Assembly: GCA_016937715.1 (NCBI GenBank)
Contig: JAFGWA010000050.1
Location: forward strand, 9,311 to 73,310
DNA: 64,000 nucleotides
Reading direction: 5' to 3'
Origin: Candidatus Goldiibacteriota bacterium
GTDB lineage: Bacteria; Oederibacteriota; PGYV01
Shown: positions 9,838-19,662 of the stretch, in pieces
Position numbering within the stretch: position 1 is the stretch's first letter
How the letters are laid out: each line of letters starts with the position of its first letter
Notes under the pieces: model-generated
The model's database searches: none
The model's input: only the letters and a program-made list of their open reading frames with translations
What the model was told of the DNA's origin: nothing
Translations under genes and position numbers: made by a program

Positions 9838-10569
9838 TCATGATTTGATATTATTTTTATCAGTTATCATAAAAAACAGGTCTTCCAGCCGTTCTGTCCT
9901 GTTGGCTGCTTTAATCTGCTGCACGGTGCCTGTTATTAGAAGTTCCCCTTTGTCTATAATCCCAACCGTGTCGCACGTCTCTTCCGCGGTTTCCATTGAA
10001 TGGGTGGACATAAAAACCGTCATGCCTTCCTTTGCCGCGGCTTTAAGTTCGTTCTTTAGCACCCGCATGGACTTGGGGTCAAGCCCCACCATTGGCTCGT
10101 CAAGGATAAGCACCTTAGGCGAATGTATCATTGCCGCGACTATCAGAAGTTTCTGGCTCATGCCGTGCGAATAGCTTTCTATAAAGTCATTTACAAAATC
10201 ACCCACGCCAAAAACTTCCACATACCTTTTATACTGTTTATTATAGTGTTCTTTATCCACCTTATACAGGTTTGCGATAAATTCAATAAACTCTATGCCG
10301 CGCAGTTTTTCAAACATATACGGGTTATCGGGGATAAGCGAAAATTTATGTTTGTATTCAACGGGATTATCGCTTAAACATATCCCGTCAATACATACAG
10401 AACCGGAAGTAATCTCTGTCAAGCCGGTCATCATCTTAATGGTGGATGTCTTACCCGCGCCGTTGGGCCCTAAAAACCCGAAAATCTCGCCCTGCTTTAT
10501 TTCAAGGTTAAGCCCTTTGACCGCGGTAAAACTTCCGTATTTTTTTACAAGGTTCTCTATTTTTATCAT
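9838..10569 (-). CDS. ABC transporter ATP-binding protein (ABC-2/DrrA-like)
   Basis: Walker A GPNGAGKTST, variant signature SHGMSQK, Walker B VLILDEP, H-loop STHS. Overlaps the downstream-most codons of the DedA gene by 4 nt. Confidence 0.85.
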   Translation of the reverse strand: MIKIENLVKKYGSFTAVKGLNLEIKQGEIFGFLGPNGAGKTSTIKMMTGLTEITSGSVCIDGICLSDNPVEYKHKFSLIPDNPYMFEKLRGIEFIEFIANLYKVDKEHYNKQYKRYVEVFGVGDFVNDFIESYSHGMSQKLLIVAAMIHSPKVLILDEPMVGLDPKSMRVLKNELKAAAKEGMTVFMSTHSMETAEETCDTVGIIDKGELLITGTVQQIKAANRTERLEDLFFMITDKNNIKS

Positions 10570-11327
10570 TTGGCCTCTTCGCCCGCTTCTTTTTCAATTT
10601 CGGGGGTGACATTAAATTTATTTTTGAAGTGTTTGATGATGGTGGGGATAAAAAACGAAAATATAAAAAGCAGCACCGGCAATACCACATCCGCCCTCCA
10701 GATGTCAGCGGAAAGCGATTTTATTATATCTTTATGAACAGCATACTTTATGGCAAGTTCTTTTAAAGCAGACACCAGAAATGTAATTACCACAAGCCCC
10801 GGTATTACGCCTATCACCGTGCCCCAGAAAAAATCCCTGAACCTTATCTTGGAAAGCCCCACCGCGAAATTAAGGTATGTAAACGGCACAAACATAAGCC
10901 TTAAATACATGATAACCGAAAAACCGTGTTCCGCCGCTTTTTCATCAAGCGCCTTAAAATGCCCCTTTTCCAGCATCTTGGACGCCATGTCCCTCATCAG
11001 ATAGCGCGCTATATAAAACGAAACAGCGCCGCCAAGGTAAGCGCCAAGAAGGTTTAAGGCAAGGCCAAACCACTGCCCGAAAAGCAGCGCTCCTATAGAA
11101 GTGAAAATACTTGCAGGCACAAAAAATAAAAGTGATAACGCGTATATCAGCACAAACATAAAAGGCGCCCAGAAGCCAAGGCCGTCAAGGTATGCCTGCA
11201 GCCCCGCGTAAAATTCCTGCCTTCCGTCTTCCGTAAAGAAATAATGCGACAGCGGGGAAAATTTAAGCACATAAACCACCGCGGCTATAAAAAGGATAAG
11301 TATTACAACCTTTAATTCTTTTTTCAT
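10566..11327 (-). CDS. DedA/TVP38/TMEM64-family membrane protein
   Basis: Multi-TM protein with the DedA-like core ...GALLFGQWFGLALNLLGAYLGGAVSFYIARYL... and FWGTVIGVIPGLVVITFL. Confidence 0.7.
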   Translation of the reverse strand: MKKELKVVILILFIAAVVYVLKFSPLSHYFFTEDGRQEFYAGLQAYLDGLGFWAPFMFVLIYALSLLFFVPASIFTSIGALLFGQWFGLALNLLGAYLGGAVSFYIARYLMRDMASKMLEKGHFKALDEKAAEHGFSVIMYLRLMFVPFTYLNFAVGLSKIRFRDFFWGTVIGVIPGLVVITFLVSALKELAIKYAVHKDIIKSLSADIWRADVVLPVLLFIFSFFIPTIIKHFKNKFNVTPEIEKEAGEEAK

Positions 11328-11417
11328 CTTTATCTCCCCGTTTTATAAATTTAACTAATTTTATCACAACTTGCGTTTAAAGACAAAAATATATTAAAAC
11401 CCGTTTAATTATAACTT

Positions 11418-11445
11418 TTGTCCCGTATTTTTTTTATGCTATACT
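11418..11445 (+). promoter_or_regulatory. Sigma70-like promoter for the CDF transporter gene (-35 TTGTCC, 16-bp spacer, -10 TATACT); RBS AGGAGG at 11456-11461
   Basis: Read directly in the divergent intergenic region between the DedA and CDF genes. Confidence 0.35.
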
Positions 11446-11471
11446 GTTGAAAATCAGGAGGCTTTAAGCAG

Positions 11472-12347
11472 ATGAACGAAACCGACAGTAAAAGGTCTTT
11501 ACGGGTAATTATAACCGGGCTTATCGGGAATGTCTCCCTTGCCGCTTTAAAAATGGCGGCGGGTATCTTTGGACACAGCCAGACAATGATTGCCGATTCC
11601 GTAAACCACATAGGGGATACCCTGTCAGATATCATGCTGCTTGTAGGCCATAAATTCTGGACCGCGCCCCCTGATGACACACACCCCCACGGCCACAGGC
11701 GCATTGAAACTTTTATAGCAATTATAGTCGGTGCGCTTATAGCTTCAACAGGAATTTTTATAGGCTATAACGCCATAATCACTTTCCGGGAGCCGCAAGG
11801 CGCAAAACCGGAGCTTATTGCCCTTTACGCTGCAATATTTTCCATGATAATAAAAGAACTTCTTCACCGCTACACAATAAAGCACGGCAAATCACTGCGC
11901 TCCCCCGCTTTAATAGCAAAAGCCGCGGACCACAGGGCGGACGCGGTGGAAGCAATTCCCGCGGCGCTTGCGGTTGCCGGCGCTATTTTTATCCCGCAGT
12001 GGGGGTTTCTTGACCACGTAGGCGCGCTTATAGTAAGCGTCTTTATTATTCAGATGTCCATTAAAGTAATTGTGCCTTCATTCAACGAATTAACAGACAA
12101 AGGCGCGCCGCCGGAAACGCTTGCGGCAATAGAGGATTTATGCATAAACGTGGAAGGGGTTAAAAGTTTTCACAAACTGCGCACACGCCACCTTGGAAGC
12201 ATGCTTGCCGTGGAAATTCACATCCAGATTGACGGCGATTTGACGGTACGCGAGGGGCATATTATTTCCGGAAAGGTCAAAAACTGCCTTTTAAATTCAG
12301 ACCTTGATATTATAGACGTGGTAATTCACATAGAGCCTGAAAAATAA
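11472..12347 (+). CDS. Cation diffusion facilitator (CDF) family divalent-metal efflux transporter
   Basis: Six TM helices with HSQTMIADSVNHIGD and the HGHRR motif. C-terminal cytoplasmic domain. Typical CzcD/FieF architecture. Confidence 0.85.
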   Translation: MNETDSKRSLRVIITGLIGNVSLAALKMAAGIFGHSQTMIADSVNHIGDTLSDIMLLVGHKFWTAPPDDTHPHGHRRIETFIAIIVGALIASTGIFIGYNAIITFREPQGAKPELIALYAAIFSMIIKELLHRYTIKHGKSLRSPALIAKAADHRADAVEAIPAALAVAGAIFIPQWGFLDHVGALIVSVFIIQMSIKVIVPSFNELTDKGAPPETLAAIEDLCINVEGVKSFHKLRTRHLGSMLAVEIHIQIDGDLTVREGHIISGKVKNCLLNSDLDIIDVVIHIEPEK

Positions 12348-12378
12348 AAAAGGCGCGGCAGACCCTGCCGCGCCTTTA
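12346..12378. terminator. Bidirectional rho-independent terminator between the convergent CDF and DUF4870 genes
   Basis: AAAAA-GGCGCGGCAG-acc-CTGCCGCGCC-TTT: 10-bp GC stem flanked by an A-run and a T-run. Confidence 0.6.
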
Positions 12379-12390
12379 GAAATACTTTTA

Positions 12391-12741
12391 TTATTTAACC
12401 TGCTGTTCCGCCAAATCGCCTATTACAGGCAGTTTAAATGTCTCTTTCTGAAACGCCTTTACCATAAGAATAACCCATAATACCAGGATTCCAAGGCTTA
12501 TAGCAGGGCTTAACACCGGCCCTATTACCGGAATAAAGGCAAGAATCATCCCCAGTATTCCAATTACAAAACTTGCTATGGAAAAAAATATTGACTGCAG
12601 CGCGTGAAACTTTACAAACTTGCTTTCTTTTTCCGTCAGAAGAAAAATCAGCCCTGTTACCCAGCCAAGCACATAGCAAAGCAGCCCTTCCACGTTTTCT
12701 TCAATTCCCAGTGATGTTTTCTTTTCATCCGCCATTTTCAA
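12391..12741 (-). CDS. Small membrane protein, DUF4870-like
   Basis: 116 aa, LCYVLGWVTGLIFLLTEKESKFVKFHALQSIFF pattern plus further TM helices. Confidence 0.5.
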   Translation of the reverse strand: MKMADEKKTSLGIEENVEGLLCYVLGWVTGLIFLLTEKESKFVKFHALQSIFFSIASFVIGILGMILAFIPVIGPVLSPAISLGILVLWVILMVKAFQKETFKLPVIGDLAEQQVK

Positions 12742-12858
12742 TTACCCTCCTCTATGATTTTAAATCCCTGCAATAATATATAATAATTTCAAAATTAAAT
12801 CAAATTTTTTTATGTTATAATTTATTCGCCTGAAGAAAATATTAACAGGAGGTTACTC

Positions 12859-13410
12859 ATGAAAAAATTAATTTGTTCCGCACTTATATTTTCATTAATC
12901 ACCGCAGGAATATTGGGTTCGGCAAAACCGGCGTTTGCGGCAACAGCCGCCGAAGAAGACGCAGAAGCCACAAAGTTTGCTTTATTAATAACCGCAGGCG
13001 TATTGGGCGTTGTGGCTCTTATAGTGCTGGCAGATTCAGCCGGAAGAGAAGAACTTGCAAAAGCCGAAAAAGTAAGGCTTGATGCCCTTGCTGTTTCCAA
13101 TAATGAAAAACTGGACAAATGGACGTTTGACGACATGCTTGCCGAATACGGCAAACCCACGGAAATAACGGAAGGCGATACTATAAAAATAGCCGTATAT
13201 GACGAACGTGTGGCCACCGTTGTGGAAAACACGGAATATCAGTCCGCCACTTTTCTAAGCAACGCCACTTCACAGTCGTACGCAAACACCTTAAAAAACG
13301 GCGTCCTTAAAACCTTCATATTTGATAAAAAGACAAAAAAACTTACCAAGTGGCGGTATCAGGTTTTCAGAGGCGGGTCGGCTATAACAGACCGCGCGGG
13401 CCAGAAATAA
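12859..13410 (+). CDS. Hypothetical secreted/membrane-anchored protein with an internally duplicated N-terminal hydrophobic segment
   Basis: Signal peptide ending AFA, then a second hydrophobic stretch FALLITAGVLGVVALIVLA. RBS GGAGG upstream. The opposite-strand ORF 12822..13232 was judged spurious. Confidence 0.45.
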   Translation: MKKLICSALIFSLITAGILGSAKPAFAATAAEEDAEATKFALLITAGVLGVVALIVLADSAGREELAKAEKVRLDALAVSNNEKLDKWTFDDMLAEYGKPTEITEGDTIKIAVYDERVATVVENTEYQSATFLSNATSQSYANTLKNGVLKTFIFDKKTKKLTKWRYQVFRGGSAITDRAGQK

Positions 13411-13413
13411 AAT

Positions 13414-15258
13414 TTAAACGGCAGGCAGAGTAAAGCAGAATTCAGAACCTTTGCCTTCTTCAGATTCCACCCATATATCCCCGCCGTACCCTTCTATAAT
13501 CTTTTTGCATTTGGCAAGGCCTATTCCGGGCCCTTCATATTCATCTTTTGTACAAAGTTTCTGAAGTATTATAAATATTCTCTGAAAATATTTTGAATCT
13601 ATCCCAATACCGTTATCTTTCACGCAAAACATCCAGTGCTTATTTGTTTTTTTTGCCGTTACGCTTATAACAGGCCTGTTCTTTTTCGCCGAGAACTTTA
13701 TGGCATTATCCAGAAGTTCCATAAAAACTTCCCCCACCTGGCCGCTTTCAGCCGATACCATCGGAAGTTTTCCGATGTTTATTTTAGCTTTGCTTTTTAC
13801 TATTTTTTCTTCCAGCCGCTTTAACACCTCTTTAACCGCAATATCAGTATCGGTTGTCCTCTTCTCATTGTGCGCCTGCTGAATTGACATATACTGTATA
13901 AGCCCCCTTAACAGCGCACTCATCTGTTTTACGCCTTCAACCGCAAAATCTATATACTGAAGCGATTCCGCGTCAAGGGCCGTTTCATTCTTTTTCTTAA
14001 GCATCTGCACATAAACAGATATGGTCCTTAAAGGTTCCTGCAGGTCGTGCGACGTTGCAACGGCAAACTTATTAAGCTCATAATTGCTTTTTTCCAGCGC
14101 GTCTATAGTGTCTTTAAGCCTTTCCTGCATTGTCTCAAGCTGCGTTACATCCACAATATTAACAAAATCAGCGGGTTTCCCTTCATATTGAATTGTTCTG
14201 GACAGGATATTTATCCACTTTATTTCCCCGGTTTTTGTTACAGCCTTAACCTGATAATTATTTATCACATCTTTTTCACCGGACTGTTTTTTTAAAGCCT
14301 GTTCAGCCACAAACGCCCTGTCATCAGGATGAACTAACTGTAAAAAACCTCCCGGGCCCATCCCATAGAGTTCCTCCCCTGAATAACCGGTTATTGTCAA
14401 ATACCCTTCATTAAAATATTTAATTACATTATCCTGCAGAATCATAATCCCAAGCATGGACTGTTCTGACAGCGTTCTGAATTTTATTTCGCTGGCGGCA
14501 AGTTCATCCTGCGCCTTTTTCATATTGTCTTTTTCTTCATTAAGGGCGCGGTTTAATTCACGCACTTTTCCAATCTGAATTTCCAGCGCTTCATTTTTTG
14601 TCTTAATTTCTCCCGCGCGCTCTTCCACCATCTCTTCAAGCTGCTGCCTGTATTTTGCCAGTTCCATCTCTACCCTTTTCTGCCTGCTTCTGTCAATTCC
14701 AAAACTTCTTACCCCTGTTAAATTTCCGGTTATTCCATAAATTCCCTTATTTGTCCACGCCACCCATACGCGTTCCCCGTTTTTACGCGTGTTCTCATTT
14801 TCGCTGGAAAAATACCTGTCAGGCGCTTCATAAATACTTTCAAGAAGTGATTTTAAATCCCTTCCCGTGCTTTCAAATTCAGGCACAATAGTGCCCACAA
14901 CATTTTTTCCCATTATCTCGCCGGCAGTAAACCCAAAAAAAGAAAGGGCAAACTTATTCATATATATAACCTTTCCGGTTGTATCCATGTCCAGTATTAT
15001 TGTGCTGGAATTTTCAATTAAATCCTTATATTTAGTTTCGCTCTGCAGAAGCGTAATAACGCGCTTTCTGTAAACAAGCCAGAAAATTAAAAGGGAAAGG
15101 GCGCCGCCGGCAAAAAAAACCGCGGTTAAAACAGGCATATCAAAAGATGTTTTTTCCGGATACGCATAAAGGATAACACCGGCAGATAATAAAATTAATA
15201 CCGATAAAATTATTATCCTGAAGGCTTTATTCAGGCGGATTAAAAGTCCACTATCCAC
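13414..15258 (-). CDS. Sensor histidine kinase (N-terminal TM helices, two PAS domains, coiled coil, HisKA, HATPase_c); orphan, no adjacent response regulator
   Basis: H-box ATSHDLQEPLRTI, G-boxes DNGIGI and GPGIGLAKCK. PAS-like segments. Confidence 0.85.
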   Translation of the reverse strand: MDSGLLIRLNKAFRIIILSVLILLSAGVILYAYPEKTSFDMPVLTAVFFAGGALSLLIFWLVYRKRVITLLQSETKYKDLIENSSTIILDMDTTGKVIYMNKFALSFFGFTAGEIMGKNVVGTIVPEFESTGRDLKSLLESIYEAPDRYFSSENENTRKNGERVWVAWTNKGIYGITGNLTGVRSFGIDRSRQKRVEMELAKYRQQLEEMVEERAGEIKTKNEALEIQIGKVRELNRALNEEKDNMKKAQDELAASEIKFRTLSEQSMLGIMILQDNVIKYFNEGYLTITGYSGEELYGMGPGGFLQLVHPDDRAFVAEQALKKQSGEKDVINNYQVKAVTKTGEIKWINILSRTIQYEGKPADFVNIVDVTQLETMQERLKDTIDALEKSNYELNKFAVATSHDLQEPLRTISVYVQMLKKKNETALDAESLQYIDFAVEGVKQMSALLRGLIQYMSIQQAHNEKRTTDTDIAVKEVLKRLEEKIVKSKAKINIGKLPMVSAESGQVGEVFMELLDNAIKFSAKKNRPVISVTAKKTNKHWMFCVKDNGIGIDSKYFQRIFIILQKLCTKDEYEGPGIGLAKCKKIIEGYGGDIWVESEEGKGSEFCFTLPAV

Positions 15259-15394
15259 AAATGCCCCCGAAAATGCATTTATTGCCCATATATAAACCTG
15301 TTCACCGCACCTGAATTAATTATAACATATTTCTATTTGATTTTAGGAGCGCCATTATGTATTATGGCTTTAACGTTAAACTTAGGAGTAAACC

Positions 15395-16513
15395 ATGAAA
15401 AAAATACGAATTGCTTATTTAGGCGCGGGAGAAATATCTGACAGGTTTATCACACAGGCGCAGGCGCTTAAAAACACACAGCTGTGCGCCATATATTCAA
15501 GGCACATAAAAAACGCCGCCGCAAAAGCAAAAAAGTTTTCCATACCGGTATATTATGATGATTATACGAAGATGCTGGAAGAAATTAAACCGGACGCAGT
15601 TATAGTTACTTCGCCTCACTCCCTGCACGCGCGCCACGCAGTTGACTGCTTAAACGCGGGGTGCCATGTGCTGTGCGAAAAACCAATGGCCGTTTCATTT
15701 AAAGAAGCAAAAGCCATGGCTGAAGCTGCCAAAAAAAACAAAAAACTTTTAATGGTCTTGCCTTTTGACCACTACCCGCACTACCTGGCATCATTTGATT
15801 TAATTAAAGAAAAATATATCGGGAAAATAATTTCAGCGCACTCTGAACTGTCTTTCCCGGGCCCTCCCAGAAATAACTGGTATTATGATAAAAAAATCGC
15901 AAAAGGCGGGGCTATGCTGGACGTCGGATGCTACGCTTTATCCAGAATGATAACCATAATGGGCGGGGTAAAGAAGATATCCGCTTTTTCAAATATGCTG
16001 CTGCCCAAAAGGATACTTGAAGGCGGCAAAAAAATAACCCCTTCAGTTGATGACAATAACGTTATGATTATGGAATTTGAAGGCGGGGTTTTTGGCACGG
16101 CAAAAGCCATGTGGCAGCACCCGTACGTGGAAAACAGGACTGTTATTTACGGCAGGCACGGCGCGGTATATATCCATTTTGACGGAGTGGATGATGCCCC
16201 CGGAATTGTGGTGCAGACAAAAAACCCTTCAAAGAACCTTAAAAAAATAAAATACCGCGGGCTGCCTGACTGTTATACCCCGGTTAACATGCCCAAATGG
16301 GGGCCCAAGTATGACATTATGGGAAGATTTGTTGAATATATTACCGCGGGTAAAGTTATCTCTTATGACGCAATACAGTCCCTTCATATAATGGAAGTAA
16401 TGGATAAAGCGTATGTTTCGGCAAAAACAGGAAAAATACAGTTAATAGAAACGCCTTTCAGGGTCTGGTGGGATAAGGAAAAGACAATACAGAAATTTAA
16501 TAATTATGTTTAA
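15395..16513 (+). CDS. Gfo/Idh/MocA-family NAD(P)-dependent oxidoreductase
   Basis: N-terminal Rossmann IRIAYLGAGEISDRF, EKPMA motif, C-terminal alpha/beta domain. Confidence 0.85.
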   Translation: MKKIRIAYLGAGEISDRFITQAQALKNTQLCAIYSRHIKNAAAKAKKFSIPVYYDDYTKMLEEIKPDAVIVTSPHSLHARHAVDCLNAGCHVLCEKPMAVSFKEAKAMAEAAKKNKKLLMVLPFDHYPHYLASFDLIKEKYIGKIISAHSELSFPGPPRNNWYYDKKIAKGGAMLDVGCYALSRMITIMGGVKKISAFSNMLLPKRILEGGKKITPSVDDNNVMIMEFEGGVFGTAKAMWQHPYVENRTVIYGRHGAVYIHFDGVDDAPGIVVQTKNPSKNLKKIKYRGLPDCYTPVNMPKWGPKYDIMGRFVEYITAGKVISYDAIQSLHIMEVMDKAYVSAKTGKIQLIETPFRVWWDKEKTIQKFNNYV

Positions 16514-16516
16514 TTT

Positions 16517-16879
16517 TTACGTAAAAGACATAAGCCATTCAAAAGCTTCTTCTTCAGTTTTAAACAGCTGAAGTTTTCTTTCAGACTTTGCCATGACAGA
16601 CTGAAGCATCTTCATCTTGATTTCAGGAAGGCACGCGACCGCGGAAGCTTTTATAAAAGGGGTGTTTTCTTTCAGATAATTTATAAACATTTCATGGTCG
16701 GTAAATATCGGGGTATTTTCCCCGCCTACAGCTATGGATAAAATGGAATGAGGCGGTTCTTTGGACACAAGATCCATGGATTTATTAAGCATCTCCGCGA
16801 ATTCAGATGCATCGCAGTCTTTCATATCATGATAAAGTATCCTTTTGCCTTTATAATCCATAAATTTTACGTCAAACAT
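16517..16879 (-). CDS. Small cytoplasmic hypothetical protein, possibly STAS/anti-sigma-antagonist-like. Start reassigned to the internal ATG with RBS AGGAGA.
   Basis: The long ORF 16517..17221 has an N-terminal 110 aa that are a translation of the octamer-repeat DNA. A good RBS precedes MFDVKFMDYKGK. The C-terminal ...FKTEEEAFEWL resembles STAS-domain ends. Fold assignment is a guess. Confidence 0.4.
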   Translation of the reverse strand: MFDVKFMDYKGKRILYHDMKDCDASEFAEMLNKSMDLVSKEPPHSILSIAVGGENTPIFTDHEMFINYLKENTPFIKASAVACLPEIKMKMLQSVMAKSERKLQLFKTEEEAFEWLMSFT

Positions 16880-16954
16880 ATCTTCTCCTGTTTTTTGCCT
16901 TAACATATTATAACCTAAAAATAAGGCAAGTAAAGCCGGAAAGGAAAACAAACC

Positions 16955-16990
16955 GAGGGACGGATGCACAGAGGGACGGAGGGACGGAAG
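16955..16990. repeat. Array of 8-bp units (GAGGGACG / GATGCACA) belonging to the dispersed intergenic repeat family
   Basis: GAGGGACGGATGCACAGAGGGACGGAGGGACGGAAG. The same 8-mers recur at 25319, 28565-28600 and 31461-31502. Confidence 0.6.
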
Positions 16991-17291
16991 TAAAGGCAAA
17001 AATAAAACCAATATTGAAAATTCGAAATTGGAAAATTGTATGAACAGAAACAAAACAGGGATTGGGTATGTTTTTTCAGAACGTGCCGCACAAGCACAGT
17101 ATATATGCGCCAGTGGCGGTTTAATGCAGCGGCGGCAAATTCGTATGTACCGCGAATTCCCGATTGCCAATGAATTAACATGCCTGTTGATTCCGGGTTT
17201 ATTTGGATGCAAACATACCAATTTGCGGCGCGTGCTGAAAAAATATACCCAAACCCTGTAAAGCCCGAATCCGGCAAATCAAACCATACAA

Positions 17292-17717
17292 CTATTCGCT
17301 GTAATCGTTTATAAACTTTAATACTTCAGATTTTATTGAATCGCGAATATCCCGGATTTTAGCCAGTTTTTCTTCTTCAGTACCTTCGGCTTTTGACGGG
17401 TCATTAAACGGCCAGTGCAGTTTTTCGCCTGTTCCCGGGAATATCGGGCAGCGCTCCGCGGCTTCCGCGTCGCACACAGCCACAACATAGGAGAATAATT
17501 TTCCCTGTTTATAAAAATCAAACACGCTTTTGGTTTTATTGCCGGATATGTCTATGCCGTCTTCCGCCATAACTTTTACAACAAGGGGATTTAAAACGCC
17601 CGGTTCCAGCCCCGCGCTTTCAGCCGTGAACTTTTCCCCTCCGAATTTATTCAAATAAGCCTCTGCCATCTGCGAACGCGCGCTGTTGTGGATACAGATA
17701 AAAAGCACTTTTTCCAT
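17292..17717 (-). CDS. arsC: Arsenate reductase, LMW-PTP/thioredoxin-coupled type
   Basis: N-terminal [13 protein letters not shown]-loop (CX5R), downstream Cys residues, 141 aa. Confidence 0.85.
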   Translation of the reverse strand: MEKVLFICIHNSARSQMAEAYLNKFGGEKFTAESAGLEPGVLNPLVVKVMAEDGIDISGNKTKSVFDFYKQGKLFSYVVAVCDAEAAERCPIFPGTGEKLHWPFNDPSKAEGTEEEKLAKIRDIRDSIKSEVLKFINDYSE

Positions 17718-17800
17718 AATTTCCTCCTGCTTTAAATTTAATTTTATATTATTTTCTATCAGGGCCGTTAAGCGTTAATGAACTTATTGTTAATTTTCAG

Positions 17801-18511
17801 TTAAAAGAACGCGCCATATAAAAGGTATATGGCAGCCGCAATCACAAGAACTCCGCACACTTTTTTAATAAAAATAACCGCTTTTGATTTTTTGCCCCAG
17901 CGCAGATATTTTTCCACAAGTTCCGTGAATGTTCCGGCAAGGACTATTACACCGCAGTGTCCCGCGGCGTAAAGCGTGACAAGGCTTACAGAGTACAAAA
18001 GATTTTTTGAAGCCTCATTAAACGCCACTGCCAGCATCGGCGCCATATAGGCAAACGTGCAGGGACCAAGCGCCACTCCAAAAACCAATCCTAAAATAAA
18101 AGCGGCAATGTATCCCCTTTTTTCAAACTTAGGCTGGCTTATATTGTTCAGGAAAGGAAATGAAATTATTTCAAGCAGATAAAGCCCCACAATAATAAAT
18201 ACAACGGCAACAAAAACATTTCCCCACACTCCGGTATTTCCAAGCATTTTCCCCATAAGCCCGGTTATAACCCCGATTACCGCGATAGTTATAAGAATAC
18301 CCATAGAGAATAAAAAAGAAAGAAAGAACGCCTTCTTGACCGTAATTTTATCGCCCTGTGACCCTACAAAACCCACTATAAGAGGGATGCTTGCAAGGTG
18401 GCACGGGCTTAAAAGTATGCTTAGTATCCCCCAGATAAAAGAAGCTGTAAGCGCGATTGCCGGCGCTTTATCAAGCGCAAGGGTCAGCGATGAAAACAGT
18501 TCCTGAATCAT
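17801..18511 (-). CDS. ccdA: Cytochrome c-type biogenesis / thiol:disulfide electron transporter CcdA (DsbD-like membrane protein)
   Basis: Six TM helices with the two conserved Cys motifs LSPCHL and GPCTF. Confidence 0.8.
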   Translation of the reverse strand: MIQELFSSLTLALDKAPAIALTASFIWGILSILLSPCHLASIPLIVGFVGSQGDKITVKKAFFLSFLFSMGILITIAVIGVITGLMGKMLGNTGVWGNVFVAVVFIIVGLYLLEIISFPFLNNISQPKFEKRGYIAAFILGLVFGVALGPCTFAYMAPMLAVAFNEASKNLLYSVSLVTLYAAGHCGVIVLAGTFTELVEKYLRWGKKSKAVIFIKKVCGVLVIAAAIYLLYGAFF

Positions 18512-18888
18512 TTTACTTCCTCCGCGGCAATTGCCTTTTTTATCACTTCATTAAGCGCGCCTTTGTTGAATTCAGAAGCGCTTGCGCTGTATATCACCGC
18601 GCCTGTTTTATCCGTAAATACCAGATAGGGGAAATATCCCATCTTATATTTATCCATTACTTTAACCGTTTCACTGTTTTTTGCTTTATCATAGACATCA
18701 AGGACGATAACGCCCTGATAATTATTAACTGCCATAAATTTTTTCATTTCCGTTTCCATATTCACACACCTGTTTTTAACGCACGTGCACGCGCTGGAAT
18801 CAACCGCCAGCACAACTGTCCCGGTTTTTACAGAAGCGCATCCGGCAAATAAAGCGGCCGTTATAATTAACGCGATTTTTCTAATCAA
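18508..18888 (-). CDS. Thioredoxin-fold lipoprotein (lipobox AGC; CTC / C-x-x-x-C motifs)
   Basis: Lipoprotein signal LFAGCAS, SSACTCVKNRC. Overlaps ccdA by 4 nt and the upstream thioredoxin gene by 8 nt. Confidence 0.4.
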   Translation of the reverse strand: MIRKIALIITAALFAGCASVKTGTVVLAVDSSACTCVKNRCVNMETEMKKFMAVNNYQGVIVLDVYDKAKNSETVKVMDKYKMGYFPYLVFTDKTGAVIYSASASEFNKGALNEVIKKAIAAEEVK

Positions 18889-19318
18889 CTTTTACGCCTC
18901 CCTGTTTTAATACAGGCAGTATCTGTTCCAGGGGATAAAAGCCCGTGTGCCTGTGAAATTCTTTCCCGTTTTCATCCAGGAATATCTGCGTGGGAATTCC
19001 CCGTATGCCGTACTGCTTCGCGTACGGCTCGCCCGCGGGCGTCCACACATCATGAAACACCACCTTTACATCTTTTCCGTATTTCTTCTCTATTTCTTCC
19101 ATTACCGGCACCATCATCTTGCACGGTACGCATTTAACAGAGCCAAGTTCAATAAATGTGACTTTTACTTTTGATACCGGGTTTGCCGGTGCGGCTTTAA
19201 CCGCAGCTTCAGTTTCCTTGGGTTCAACCTTATCTGTACCAACAGCTTTAGGCCTGCTTCCCGCGTAAACCGAAACCGCAAACATAAACATTAAAATTAC
19301 AACAGCTGCTTTTTTCAT
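18881..19318 (-). CDS. Secreted thioredoxin (C-V-P-C active site) with signal peptide. Start moved to MKKAAVVIL, preceded by RBS AAGGAG.
   Basis: SVKCVPCKMM motif in a thioredoxin fold. Signal peptide then an Ala/Pro/Lys-rich linker. Confidence 0.75.
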   Translation of the reverse strand: MKKAAVVILMFMFAVSVYAGSRPKAVGTDKVEPKETEAAVKAAPANPVSKVKVTFIELGSVKCVPCKMMVPVMEEIEKKYGKDVKVVFHDVWTPAGEPYAKQYGIRGIPTQIFLDENGKEFHRHTGFYPLEQILPVLKQGGVKVD

Positions 19319-19328
19319 TTTTTTCTCC

Positions 19329-19562
19329 TTAAAGCCCAAGGGCTTTTTTAATTTCAGCTTCTGTGGGAACTTTACCCGCAATCACCACTTTGCCGTCAAC
19401 CGCCACCGCCGGCGTCATCATAACGTTATATTTCATAATCTCGCTTATATCTTTTACCTTTATCACTTCCGCGTCAATTTTATTATCCGCCACGACTTTT
19501 CTTACAACCTCTTCTGTCTTAATGCACTTTGGGCATCCTGTTCCCAGTACCGCTACTTGCAT
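19329..19562 (-). CDS. Thioredoxin-like 'redox-active disulfide protein 2' (about 77 aa), commonly found in ars operons. Start at MQVAVLG with RBS GGAGGT.
   Basis: MQVAVLGTGCPKC...AVAVDGKVVIAGKVPTEAEIKKAL matches the small C-P-K-C thioredoxin-like family. Confidence 0.7.
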   Translation of the reverse strand: MQVAVLGTGCPKCIKTEEVVRKVVADNKIDAEVIKVKDISEIMKYNVMMTPAVAVDGKVVIAGKVPTEAEIKKALGL

Positions 19563-19662
19563 ATTATTACCTCCATTAACCGCCCGGCCGGCATGAAACA
19601 ACGCCCTTGCCTTTTCGCGGGTTTATTTTTTTATCTTACCGCCGCCGTTTTTACAACACCGT

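Noticed and set aside
16517-17221. Long 234-aa ORF
   Set aside because: The N-terminal 110 residues are a translation of octamer-repeat DNA. An internal ATG with a good RBS gives a 121-aa protein, which was used instead.
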